A DNA stretch of 32,487 nt from Rhizaria sp. SCN 62-66 (taxonomy: Eukaryota), in assembly GCA_001724265.1 (NCBI GenBank), contig MEDY01000340.1, positions 1 through 32,487 on the forward strand. Reading direction: 5' to 3'. The notes beneath the pieces were generated by a model that was not told where the DNA came from, did no database searches, and was given only the letters and a program-made list of their open reading frames with translations. The translations under genes were made by a program, and so were the position numbers. This document shows positions 9,701-18,061 of this stretch, one piece after another (position 1 is the first letter of the stretch; every line of letters begins with the position of its first letter).

Positions 9701-11999
9701 CGGCGGCGGCAGTGGTGGCAGTTGCGGGGACGGAGATAGTGAAGACGATGTAGCTGCCCAGGAAGCCGCCATGCGTTACGCCTCAGCACTGTACGCTCGC
9801 GCGCAACAGCAACAACAACAGCAGCATCAGTTGCATCGGCCGCTGTTGTCTGTCACCACTGCGGTTGTCCATCACATCGATAATGGTGACGATGACGACA
9901 TGTTTGCCGACACGGGCGCTCTCGACGCCGCGCTCGATGCGGCTGCTGCGATGGCTGCGGCCCACAGCAGTAGCTGGGACGTGTTGGAGCCCCGCACAAA
10001 GCGCGCCCGCAGCCCTCATGTCGGTGACCAGCTCGCTCCCCTCGGTGCCAGCGCTGCGCATCTGCCTAGCGCAGTCCAATTTACTCTGGGTGCCGTGTCT
10101 AGCGCTGTTGCTTTCGGTGCCGTGCCGAGCGATGCTGCTACGGGTGCGGGTGCTGTGCCGAGCACTGTCACCAGCCCCGCGCTGGCGTCTCGACACTTCC
10201 AACCCCTCGCTGCTGCTGCTGCTGCTGATGCTGCTATTGTTGGTGGTCTGTCCACGCCCCCGCGTGTCCCGGCCCCGAGCGCTCTGGGCGCAATGGGCGC
10301 TGTCCCCAGTCCGGGCTCGGCGTTTACACTTGCTCGCCCCGCGCATTCCCCAGCACCGGGGGCTAGCCGAGAGCAGCCGTTTGTGAGTGCTTTTGGCCGG
10401 GCCAACCCTACCGCCGCCGCCGCCGCTGCCGCTGCTTCTGGTGCAGCTGCAAACGGTGTCGCTGCAACGGGTGAGATGAAGGCGCCGCCGTTGCCGCTGA
10501 GTGGTTGGAAGTCAGTTGTGCCCTCTGGCCGCCTGCATCGGAGTGACCGTCGGCGCAGTGACCGTAACCGTGACCGTGAGCATGACCGTGACCGTGAGCG
10601 CGGGGACCGTGAGCGTGGTGGGTGGCTGAGTAGTCTCAGCGACGAAGACTGCACCACATCTACCACCGACGACGACGACAACAACAGCGCTATCGACGTG
10701 AAAGCTGGTGCTGCTGCGGCGGCGTCTATGGACCGTAATCGGACACCGATGGATGCACTGTCACAGGAGATGGCCCGCCGCCGCGCTATCGCCCACGCAG
10801 CCGCTATGGCCGAGCTCCAGCGCACACAACAACGACACCAACAGCACCAACAACAGCAACAGCAGCAGATTACGCTGCTTCAACAACAGGAGTTTACCCA
10901 GCACCAGCAACAACAACAGGATGTCGCTGCGTCGTTGACTGCAGCTCTCACAGTAGCCCGGCCTCGCAGTGCAAATCAGCAGCAGCCTTACTGTGGCACA
11001 AGCCTCCCCTTTGATGCCGTTCGGCCTGGCCCCGAGCCCTCGTTCGCACCCGTGCTGCCAACCTCGGCCGCTCGCCCCGCCACTGCCACTATGGCCCCCT
11101 CGGCCTTCGCCGCCCGCCCCGCTACTGCTGTAGACTTCCTTTCTGCTAACATGACACGCTCTATTGCTGCGCCCCTCTCTGCCTTAGCTGGGAACCGCCC
11201 CTCCACAATGGCTTCCTTTTCGTCGTCAGCTCTGGCCCGCCCCGCAACTGCTGTGTCATTCTCCCCCGCTGAAGCCCGTTCTGACACTATTGACCGCCGC
11301 TTCAACATTAATGCTGCGGCCTTCCCCACTGCTGAAGCCGATTCTGCCACCGTAAACAGCTCTATCACTGCTAATGTTACCGCGTCTGCTGCTGCTACTG
11401 CTACTGCTACTGCTGTTGTTGATGTTGATTTGGGCGTTGCAGAGCAGGCTGTGACGCCGCGACGGACTGTGGCGTCGGCGATGATGCGCCCGCCAGCCAC
11501 CGCACTCTCCGTTGTCTGCTCTGGCGTTTTGCTGCGTGACAATGACACCGTGACATCATGCTCCGACAATAACAACGCGAATAACGACGACGTCGTCGAC
11601 GACGACGATGGCAATAATGGCCATAATAACAATGCTGAACAATGGGGTGACGCCATGATTGCGTCAGTCCGCGACAGTACTGAACTCGCCCAAACGGACT
11701 TCTCCGCCAGCGGTCTCGCCGCCGCTGCTGCTGCGGCTGTTGCATTGACCCCCACTAGCGGCACGCGCAGTGGCTGTGTCAGCCACAATATGGGCGGGTT
11801 CGTCTCGATGGCGAGTCCGCTAGTGCAGAGCGTTGCGTCAACGGCCTCGGCAGCGGCGGCGGCGGCAGTAAGTGAAGCTCGTCTCGGCGCCAACAACAGC
11901 GCGATTGACAATGATAGTGAATCCACCGCTGCTGTTGCGGAGTGTGAGGACGCGGATCTCGTTGCAGGCGTTGTTTATATGACTGATGACGCTGCGTAA
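3771..11999 (+). CDS. Giant intronless Ser/Thr kinase, STE11/MAP3K (MEKK/NPK1)-like, 2742 aa; kinase domain at ~4926-5706 followed by ~2000 aa of low-complexity tail
   Basis: LGQGAFGEV, MALKQ, HRDIKSHNLL, DFG, TPLWAAPE and DIWALGCTVIEMATGRDPW, the last typical of MAP3Ks. First in-frame ATG is 3771 (the ORF-track start at 3696 is TTG; in-frame TAA at 3624). Ends TAA. Confidence 0.9.
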   Translation: MPLPNRGPKATGEDMRRLHQRTITQVYSFMEILHDHTCNRNRSNRPSDDPASDADSLSSHSSFYAGADQASLGPLAARVPRATACYTDAQALVSSIAALGESTEELTRALRMLGLPASLLVAGGEVLPAPGAAPADPAAPRRVVMMATPPDNDYNYDDINNSNHCYNAGCAKTNNPSVNGHHCAPAAGHASLSTLYPAPVPAPAPVPSQSNNSIFSTPKKNKSSLNTRGMVNNSAVSGAVAAGNCGADEVTALPQPELLHVAPSPPAPLVAAAAAAAAAASNGSGHVVGVSAASSPALSASASLPRADWVAEDASWTKPAEEEETAELRRRALAAALNVPVNSLPPAADAEAARAAAAHVCPQSPANVLAARLRSAPQVKPAPLRFKKLSKLGQGAFGEVFKVLMIETGAVMALKQFRRATADERRHAEAVAREVRLMQRLRHPHVVTFFGTFEAKDSLAVLMEYAPGASLHALLRDTGGLSEPLARRATRQVCLALAHCHAHHIVHRDIKSHNLLLDAFGHVKVADFGSARVLDRAHAATAANAADFTPLWAAPEVLERGPQGAAVDIWALGCTVIEMATGRDPWAECRFSTLPQAIAHIAEPGSLPAMPATLSALGRDFVSQCLQRDQTMRPTAAQLLDHPWLADAEAQTTVTAVNTSVSETAAAAAAAATGTTQSTKNASVAVAAPVTANATAATAATAAAAAAVAAAAAVAGQVSEAAIGDLKAASVAAQLHQLQAQVQQNHSRSHSHLHAQRLRSSPQQQQQYHQSESSQQQQSFTSCADTTAGDASVMLAVHDASLSMVRALDGSAADSFALTDTTSTGGFEYSTRTSAGAGIADAADCPQSALVNNSVAMTDTDGNYSDSILNNISAFTPTVAASNSDDSVASFNGAVSNSSSNSVNNKTSPTTTAVAAPATVDVDVATMAMTDTETDKPLLATTTSVLTPTAPVTPAVSPALSAAKPVTNSTGPACGSASASTSARVSRANSAVAVGRTAHMSEGAAVAAAVSAAAAAAVVANLAAMPPPSSVSARLKSLHPSQSQSQSRSQSRSQSQSQSQSLTSQPQAQLQPHVVSAAPRASARPPLSRTSSGLLPGANATATATASATANVTTNWGSAECGVPSSRTCAGGNSSGNRSGNPTPGAVRSAFTSPRGGSVVRPPSTPGSGCGSVSVARLDESQLRVELTQAREAVAELSAISATHAAESRRLAAQLLELQGQMQALQRSNQHENSQSFTRNGARSGDTSAAASNIGSRSGSSNSNNSYGDGSGNGQSQIQSQSQSQSSCNGSTVGTPKAGPATTRMPAAASMPYSSYSPHANGTTNGQQQQQGVNDGPIRVPALPLGSSFPYATSDLLASVTTSHGSTPGTGPCFGAEGPFVQPPQSLHLPVSVSVGAHSHSKSQSALMAQPQAAMMAQAQAAARAHADAAVAQTLAAATQFASGNNSTERQVIPAAAAAAAMKKNSNNAQRLPSVQDGSPGVGPTFAAVSINNSDTVTVVNNNAAAAAVVAAASAGVTMGDGDRISPRAMFSATQPTQASASFAAAATTTAVGGGAVTAVLTPVEPTRSCSVMMRSLDINGKNSINNNSNNHSNCDTDNVPSCSPRRRTVAASALLTPISNRNNNNNSNNSNISPQLLSSPLFAASGTLPLSASQDAALASASLRSLAPGTLGAVVSGSGLFSNSGMFSNSGGISGGEANFNDNASPNKLSASANASLPRSFISSSSRAFAPTRAPHAAAAIAPPAALAGSLGLGLAGAAAAEAAEASVAFQEEENAAFNAQYGAEAMPDTRGTNLRAARRFLFNAANNDQNNSQNGNHDHSPPPVVNLNASFAAVAAVRNRRASEPSDDETDDTDNSVRFLPTVLKPVALHYGDAHASAAAAAAPSVPSVHNTPMRHPAVSLTGRLGGVNAVAHTGNVGGDLNSSGGNNSPPYPTPGSAIGATAAVVASSSARGVKRRTPSLSILPAEPWSSNSNSGGGSGGSCGDGDSEDDVAAQEAAMRYASALYARAQQQQQQQHQLHRPLLSVTTAVVHHIDNGDDDDMFADTGALDAALDAAAAMAAAHSSSWDVLEPRTKRARSPHVGDQLAPLGASAAHLPSAVQFTLGAVSSAVAFGAVPSDAATGAGAVPSTVTSPALASRHFQPLAAAAAADAAIVGGLSTPPRVPAPSALGAMGAVPSPGSAFTLARPAHSPAPGASREQPFVSAFGRANPTAAAAAAAASGAAANGVAATGEMKAPPLPLSGWKSVVPSGRLHRSDRRRSDRNRDREHDRDRERGDRERGGWLSSLSDEDCTTSTTDDDDNNSAIDVKAGAAAAASMDRNRTPMDALSQEMARRRAIAHAAAMAELQRTQQRHQQHQQQQQQQITLLQQQEFTQHQQQQQDVAASLTAALTVARPRSANQQQPYCGTSLPFDAVRPGPEPSFAPVLPTSAARPATATMAPSAFAARPATAVDFLSANMTRSIAAPLSALAGNRPSTMASFSSSALARPATAVSFSPAEARSDTIDRRFNINAAAFPTAEADSATVNSSITANVTASAAATATATAVVDVDLGVAEQAVTPRRTVASAMMRPPATALSVVCSGVLLRDNDTVTSCSDNNNANNDDVVDDDDGNNGHNNNAEQWGDAMIASVRDSTELAQTDFSASGLAAAAAAAVALTPTSGTRSGCVSHNMGGFVSMASPLVQSVASTASAAAAAAVSEARLGANNSAIDNDSESTAAVAECEDADLVAGVVYMTDDAA
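6892..6953 (+). repeat. CAGTCT/CGGTCT hexamer microsatellite encoding an (SQ/SR)n run in the MAP3K
   Basis: tcacagtctcagtctcagtctcggtcacagtctcggtctcagtcccagtctcagtcccagagc, translated SQSQSQSRSQSRSQSQSQSQS. Confidence 0.8.
10545..10617 (+). repeat. GACCGT/GAGCGT hexamer repeat encoding an alternating-charge RD/RE tract in the MAP3K tail
   Basis: Translated DRRRSDRNRDREHDRDRERGDRER. Confidence 0.75.
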
Positions 12000-12570
12000 A
12001 TCTCACTTCACAGCAACTTGCCTTAAAGTCACGGTCTCCACATCTCGAACATTATGAAGAAAGTATCAAAAATATTTCGGAGGTTGCACATATTTAATGT
12101 GTACTTGCAAGTTGTATAGTTTATTATTTGTGTTTCTCACTTTGACGGTTGCTGTACATTGTACTCTTATTAATACAGCGATAGCGTTAAGTTTCGTTTC
12201 ATTCTGCTTCTTATTTGTCAAGTTTACACTCTGTTTGACTTCTCCACATTTTGTTCTTGCTCAGGTTTTCAACACCTCGTGACCTGTTTACAGCATTTTG
12301 CACAACTTTTACGGTTATCTTTTAGTATACATTGTATCTATATTCTTACCGTCTCTCAGTTTGCTCTCAATCCTTTCATTCTAAGTATCTTGTAGCTGTG
12401 ACACTTGACGATCACTATTGACATCGGGCCTGCCACAAATGCACCTGTCTATGTTTCTTTTCTAATATCACTGCCTGCATGTGTTTGCCTTTTTTCTTTT
12501 TCCTTCCACCCAGTTCATATGTTGTTTCTCTGTCTTCTTGGCAGTCACGCTTGTCTTGTGTTGATATGCG

Positions 12571-12682
12571 TATTGCTCTCTGTTTATCTATGCGCATGCT
12601 TAGCTGCTGATGCGTTTTATTTGTGGATTGTACGCTTATTGCTCTCTGTTTATCCCTGCGCACGCTTGGCTGATGCGAATTA
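12571..12682. repeat. Two-copy imperfect direct repeat, 66-bp period, between the convergent 3' ends of the MAP3K and kinesin genes
   Basis: TATTGCTCTCTGTTTATC is identical at 12571-12588 and 12637-12654; each copy is followed by TGCGCAYGCTTRGCTG...ATGCG. Confidence 0.75.
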
Positions 12683-13294
12683 TGACGACGTTCGTGCTTA
12701 GCCGCAGTAGTTACCACTTCATAATAATTACAACAATTGATACGCAACTTGCAAGTAGCGTGTCACTCCAAAGTAAAAAAAAAAACACGTAGTTTCAACT
12801 CCAAAAAAGAAAAAAAAAAAACTCAGATTGAACTATGTATTACTCCGTCAATGATTCACCATCCCGTCAATATCTGTTTTGTAACTAAGTGTAGCAAAAA
12901 TCACACACGGCCACTAAAATTACCAAAACACACAATGTCAGAGTGTGTGTTATACTACGGCCACAATTGAACCTCCAGTCTGTATAAAATACACTCAAAA
13001 CACACAATTAAACTTAGTTTAAATCTAAGCACGCTCTGAAACGCTTCGACGACGTTCGCAAATCAACGTGAAATCACTGTTTACTCAAGCAACGCGCTCA
13101 AGTCTCGCTGTAAGCATTTTCCTATTAAAGCAGTGCATTAACGTCTCTTTGACTGTGAAACTCGTGCGTTCAAGTGTCACTCTGGGCAACGCGCTGCTAA
13201 ATCAGAGTTTTCACGTTTCGCCGTGTGAATTTGACTTTGAGAGCTGTGCATTCACGTCTCACTGTTTGTGCAAGCAGTGCATTCAGCTGTAAAT

Positions 13295-16039
13295 TCATGT
13301 CTCGCTGTGGGCAGCGCGCTGTGCGAACCTGAGCGAACTGAGCGTCTCCTCCGCCGCCGCCTCCTCCGGCGCCAGGGCAACCACAAACGCGACCTTGGCC
13401 TTGGGCGCAAAGCTTTCCTGCAGTAGATGCGTCAGAGTGGAGTTGCGATATGGCACATGCGTCGCCCTCGCGCTACCACTGTTGCTATTGTTGTTTGCGG
13501 GGGCGAGTGCGGCCACAACTTGCCCGAGTGCGGAGAGTGAAGAATTGATCGCGATTGCCTCAGCACGACCGGCGCCTTCGACAAGGCTTTCTTTGATACG
13601 CTCTGAGCCCGCGAGATCAACCAGGGTGACGAACCCGCGTTTCACGGTCTCACGGTCGCTAGCCCCGCTGGCGCGACCACCGCCACCGTCACCCGCGCCA
13701 GCAGAACCGTTACTGCCCCCGCCACTGCCACTCGCACTCGTAGAAACGCTGTCTGCACTATGCGTGAGCGTGATGTAGAGCTGAACGATGAGATGTGACC
13801 GTGAGGAAACGTCGTTCAGCGCAGTATCCCGCGTCCTCCTCACAGCGCACGCCTCCGTGTAGAGCGCCATGAACGCAGCCGCGTCGGCCACAGGGACGGG
13901 ATCCGCGCCCACTGGCTCTGGGGTGAGGGCCTGTGCGTTGTTAAGCCGCAGCTCAACCTTGCGCGGGGCGGTGATCGAGGCAGCGCCGGGGATTGCGGGC
14001 GTGAGGGAGTAGACTGAGTCGAGGTAAACCTCTAAGACGCGGGCAGTAATGGAGCCCCGCCAGCCATTGCCGCGGCGGGAAAGGGCGTTCAACCGTGCGA
14101 ATAGGTCGGCAACGGCGCGTGGAACAATACCAACGCTCGCGGGCATTGCCATCGCACTCCTAGAACTCTCTGCAGTCGCATTAGCAGCAGTAGTCGTGAA
14201 AGAAGTGTCGTTGTCACCGTTACCACCAGTCATAGTATACGTCTTGCCCGCCCCGGTCTGTCCATAAGCCAGCACGGTCACCCGCCCGCCGTCCAACGCA
14301 AGCTGAATCAACGGTGCCAGTTCAGAGTACACAGTGGCGTTGTCGTCATCTGCAGCGAAAACACCGTCAAAGCCCCACTTAGAGCCGCTGGCAGTTGAGT
14401 TGTTATTGTGACTGTGGCTGCTCACGGTCCCTGACTGTGAGGTGGGAGCTGTGTATCGAAGCTCGCGTTTGAGAGCCCCTTCCCTCACTGCGGGCGTCAC
14501 AGCCACAGTTGCCGTCAGCTTGGCGCTCACAGTGTTGCTGTTCTTGGCCGCATTATTACTGCTGCTGTTGTTGTTGTTATTGTTGTTGCTGTTAATGTTA
14601 GCGTTGATTGCGCTGCGAGGGGGACGGATGCGGCAAAAGACGCGAATCTGCCCCTTGAGCAGCAAAAGCTCCCCCAACAGCGCAGCCCGTGCGGCCTCAG
14701 ACTCCTCTAGCTCAGCCTTGGTCACCGCTGTCTCCTCCTTAGCCTCCGCCAACGCCGCAGTCAACGCTGCCAGTTGAGCGGTCAAAGCGGCTACTTCAGC
14801 AGTGAGAGCAGACCCTTCTGCAGTGAGAGTCGAGACTTTCGCAGCCAACACTGTCCCTTCTGCGGTCAGAGCGGCTCCCCGCGCCCGCTCTTCGGTCAAC
14901 GCCGTCTCAGTGGCGGCGGCGGTGAGCTGCAGCGCGGAAACGCGTTGTTTCAGCGCAGCAGCTTCACGAGCAATGGCTTCCCATTGGCCGACACGGGCTG
15001 CAACGGACGTCTCAGCACCGGTAACGACCCCTCCCGCATTGCCACCGCTGCCGCTGCCGCTGCCGCCGCCGCCGCCGTTGCTGTTGCTGTGAGTAAAGCT
15101 AGAGTTAGAGGAGTTTTGGAGTTGAGCCATACGGGCAGCGATGCCGCTTTGAGCGCCGGCGCCAGTGCGGCGGGCAAAGGGGGCCGTTTTAGAGGCGGCG
15201 TTGCTCGACGCAGCAGAATCAGCATGTGAAGATTCATGGCTATCCTTGCTCTCATCCTCATCATCGTCATCGTCGTCATCGTTGATGTTGCTGATGTTAT
15301 TGCTCTTGGGATCGAGGTCAGTGTCCGTGTCAGGGCGAGTGCGCTTGCGAGGGGATTTGGACGGGCTAACCAGTTTCTTGGCCGAAGCAGCAGTCGCAGC
15401 CGCCGCCGCAGTGGCAGAGGCAGCAGCACCAGGCTTCGTCGTCTTCTTAACTGCCGTCTTTGCAGTCACGGTTGCTGCCACGCCGGGCTTGGGAGCAACC
15501 GTGGCGACCGGGGTGGCTAAGCGAGCCGTGGCCGCCTTGGCTGCAGCACCAGCAACAGCAGCAGGAGCGGCGACGGCGGCGGCGTCGGTGGCGGCGGCGG
15601 CGGGGCGAGAGCGTTTGACTGCGCTGCTACCAACAGCGGCTGCAGTCGAAGAGGCGACTGAGCTACGTGAAAGAGCAGGGCGTGCAGTGGCGCTAGGGGT
15701 GGTGGTTGTCGCAGGCTTATGACTGCTGCCACGGGGGGTAGCTGGGACCAGAGGAGCCGTTGCTGACGATGCTGTTGCAGTTGCTGTTGCTGTTGGGGGG
15801 CGGGCGCGGGCGGGCGTTGTCACAGCAGCAGCGGCGGCGGCGGCGACGGCGGCGGTGCCAGTGCGGGATGTTGCGGGGCGCGCAGGGTGGTTTTTGGCAG
15901 GGGTCGCAGTAGAGGGGCGTGATGCGGTGGTGGCCGCAGAGGAAGAGGAGGCAGCAGTGCCGCCGCCGCTGATGCTGCGGGTGGAGGATGCACGTGCGGG
16001 GGTGCTAAGAATAGCGGATCCCGAACGGTTTCCCTGCAT
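13295..16039 (-). CDS. Kinesin-14 family (C-terminal motor, Kar3/Ncd/KIFC-like), 914 aa
   Basis: Basic Ala/Thr/Pro-rich tail, then coiled coil, then neck/motor start LKGQIRVFCRIRP, P-loop GQTGAGKT, switch I NDVSSRSH, switch II LVDLAGSER, HVPYRNSTLTHLL and ETLSSLRFAQR at the extreme C-terminus. Ends TGA. The ATG is immediately preceded by an acceptor-like TAG, so a small upstream exon is possible. Confidence 0.93.
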   Translation of the reverse strand: MQGNRSGSAILSTPARASSTRSISGGGTAASSSSAATTASRPSTATPAKNHPARPATSRTGTAAVAAAAAAAVTTPARARPPTATATATASSATAPLVPATPRGSSHKPATTTTPSATARPALSRSSVASSTAAAVGSSAVKRSRPAAAATDAAAVAAPAAVAGAAAKAATARLATPVATVAPKPGVAATVTAKTAVKKTTKPGAAASATAAAAATAASAKKLVSPSKSPRKRTRPDTDTDLDPKSNNISNINDDDDDDDEDESKDSHESSHADSAASSNAASKTAPFARRTGAGAQSGIAARMAQLQNSSNSSFTHSNSNGGGGGSGSGSGGNAGGVVTGAETSVAARVGQWEAIAREAAALKQRVSALQLTAAATETALTEERARGAALTAEGTVLAAKVSTLTAEGSALTAEVAALTAQLAALTAALAEAKEETAVTKAELEESEAARAALLGELLLLKGQIRVFCRIRPPRSAINANINSNNNNNNNSSSNNAAKNSNTVSAKLTATVAVTPAVREGALKRELRYTAPTSQSGTVSSHSHNNNSTASGSKWGFDGVFAADDDNATVYSELAPLIQLALDGGRVTVLAYGQTGAGKTYTMTGGNGDNDTSFTTTAANATAESSRSAMAMPASVGIVPRAVADLFARLNALSRRGNGWRGSITARVLEVYLDSVYSLTPAIPGAASITAPRKVELRLNNAQALTPEPVGADPVPVADAAAFMALYTEACAVRRTRDTALNDVSSRSHLIVQLYITLTHSADSVSTSASGSGGGSNGSAGAGDGGGGRASGASDRETVKRGFVTLVDLAGSERIKESLVEGAGRAEAIAINSSLSALGQVVAALAPANNNSNSGSARATHVPYRNSTLTHLLQESFAPKAKVAFVVALAPEEAAAEETLSSLRFAQRAAHSET

Positions 16040-16645
16040 CTATAAGGGTAAAATATCGACACAACGTAATCAATTGTTGTATATGTTAGATTGTGAAGTT
16101 AATCTAGCAGAAATACACATCTGGTGCGCGCAAATGCAGTGAAGCAACAAATTGCGAGAGCCGTTGGCACGTGTCGTGCGCCGATTGCCGCAGAGATGGT
16201 TCTAAAGATACACACAACTCGATTTAAAGTGCTAATAGCGCGTTAGATACGATGCACCTTTGTAGATCGTAAATCGCGCATTTTACCACCTGCGACGGTC
16301 ATAAACACATCAATATTTAGTTTCTCGAACTTGCTGTGGAGGCGGACCAACAGCAATCGACGACTGGCCGCGGCCACGCGGGTCTGCTGGCGGTTTCGTC
16401 ACCGTTAACTTTAGAGACCAGCCACGCAATATACCTTCGTCATTCTGCAATGATAGCGTATATTTATTTGTCTCACTTGTTTATCTATTAATCCACTTAA
16501 TTACATTTTTTATTGTACAAAACCTAGGGCTCCAGAGCTGTTCCAGTGCAGCTCTCTTTCCTCTCTTGTTTCTGACCGCACCTCTGCCCGCCTCCCACCA
16601 GGCCCGCCTTGAGCCCAGCGCCAGCGCCAGCGCCAGTTGCGCCAC
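16040..16645. promoter_or_regulatory. Compact divergent intergenic region (probable bidirectional promoter) between the kinesin-14 and coiled-coil genes
   Basis: Only ~600 bp separate two head-to-head start codons, with an AT-rich core at ~16440-16525. Inferred from gene geometry; no specific motif identified. Confidence 0.45.
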
Positions 16646-18061
16646 ATGTCCATCTACCGTCCTCCGACGATTTCCCGTCGCGCTCAGACCGGACCCGTGA
16701 CTGTGGCCTCCCAACCGGCCACCATGTCACCCCCTGCGTCCTTCTCGATCTACCTCGCAGCGCGGCCATACTCGCCGCCCTCAGCCCGCGTCAAGACTCT
16801 CGCCGAGTCCCCCGCCAAGTCGGTCGAGCACGAGGCTGCGCGAATCCGCTTGTTGGACCATTCACGCCTTATCCGCGCCCATAACGCCTCCGATAACAAC
16901 AACAACGACAGTACTGACTACACCTCTACCAACGCTGCTGCGTTTCAACAGCAACAGCAACAGCACAGTGGTTCATTCTCATCATTCCCCGGCAGCAACT
17001 CCCTCACTCTCTCGCAGCAGCTGCAGCAGCACTCTAGTTACTCCGACACAACAACAACAACAACAACAGCAGGAGCAATGGTCGATTCATCATCATCGTC
17101 ATCATCATCGCTGCAGCAACAACAGCATCACTATAGCGCGTCTTTCGCCCCTAACCCCGACCCCACCGCCTCGGGCGGCCGCGGCGCCGACAAGTGGTCC
17201 AAATCCTGGACCAGCGACGTCGTCGCCCTCAACGTCGGTCTCCGCCGCCCCGCCGTCCTGCCAGTCCCCCCCCGCACACAGGAGGTCCTCGCAGTTGAAA
17301 CCGAGCGCCGTCTGGCCGAGGCGGACCGGCAAGTGCTGCTAAACCGCGTCCGCGCGCTGCAGGGGCAGGAGCGGCGGGCGGCGACCAAGATCCACGCCGC
17401 CGCCGAGAAGCTTGACCGCGTGCGGACGGTCCGCGCACAGCAGAGGGTCCGCAAGGGGGCTCGTGACGAGCTGATCGCCGAGCTCGCGGCCCAGAGGTAC
17501 GACGAAGCCCAGGCGAAGCGTGACGACGCGCGGCGGGCGCGGGCCGCGGTGGAGGAGTATAAGGCGGCAGTGGCGGCACAGAGGCAGCATCAGCGGGCTC
17601 AACTGCAGGCTGAACGGCGGGAAGGGGAGATGTTGCAGCGGCAGGTGCGGGACGCGGACGAGGCAGCGCGCAGGGCCGCGGCGTCGGTGGTCCGCGCGCA
17701 GGGGCGGCTGCACCAGCAGCGGAGGGAGGCGGCAGCGGCGCTGAGGCAGGCGGCGGCCGAGGGGGAGCGCGCGCGGCGTCTGCAACATGCTGCGGAGGCG
17801 AGGGATGCGGCGTTGAGGGACATGGACGCACTGCAGAGGGCGGAACAGGAGATGTTGGCGAGGCTGCAGGCCAGGGGGGCGCAGCATAGCGCGGTGTTTG
17901 AGCAGTTGGCGGGGGAGCTAGAGCCCTCTGCGGCGGCCGCTCAGTCACACTCTCAGTCCCACTCATCATCCTCACAGGCATACTCGCCCTCGCAGTCAAA
18001 TGCGCAGTCAAATGCGCTGGGACAGGGACAGGGACAGGGCTACCATGGGAGGGTGCGTTGA
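16646..18061 (+). CDS. Uncharacterised coiled-coil protein, 471 aa, with Q/S/T low-complexity N-terminus
   Basis: First ATG at 16646 (in-frame TGA at 16610). Long R/E/Q/A helical region (RRLAEADRQVLLNRVRALQGQERRAATKI ... MDALQRAEQEMLARLQ), strong codon bias, ends TGA. Confidence 0.82.
   Translation: MSIYRPPTISRRAQTGPVTVASQPATMSPPASFSIYLAARPYSPPSARVKTLAESPAKSVEHEAARIRLLDHSRLIRAHNASDNNNNDSTDYTSTNAAAFQQQQQQHSGSFSSFPGSNSLTLSQQLQQHSSYSDTTTTTTTAGAMVDSSSSSSSSLQQQQHHYSASFAPNPDPTASGGRGADKWSKSWTSDVVALNVGLRRPAVLPVPPRTQEVLAVETERRLAEADRQVLLNRVRALQGQERRAATKIHAAAEKLDRVRTVRAQQRVRKGARDELIAELAAQRYDEAQAKRDDARRARAAVEEYKAAVAAQRQHQRAQLQAERREGEMLQRQVRDADEAARRAAASVVRAQGRLHQQRREAAAALRQAAAEGERARRLQHAAEARDAALRDMDALQRAEQEMLARLQARGAQHSAVFEQLAGELEPSAAAAQSHSQSHSSSSQAYSPSQSNAQSNALGQGQGQGYHGRVR

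Noticed and set aside
16435-16443. Possible 9-nt coding micro-exon ATG ACG AAG|GTATAT splicing to the kinesin ATG
   Set aside because: Phase-compatible, but the donor differs from the GTACGT seen in all supported introns, and such a short match is expected by chance.
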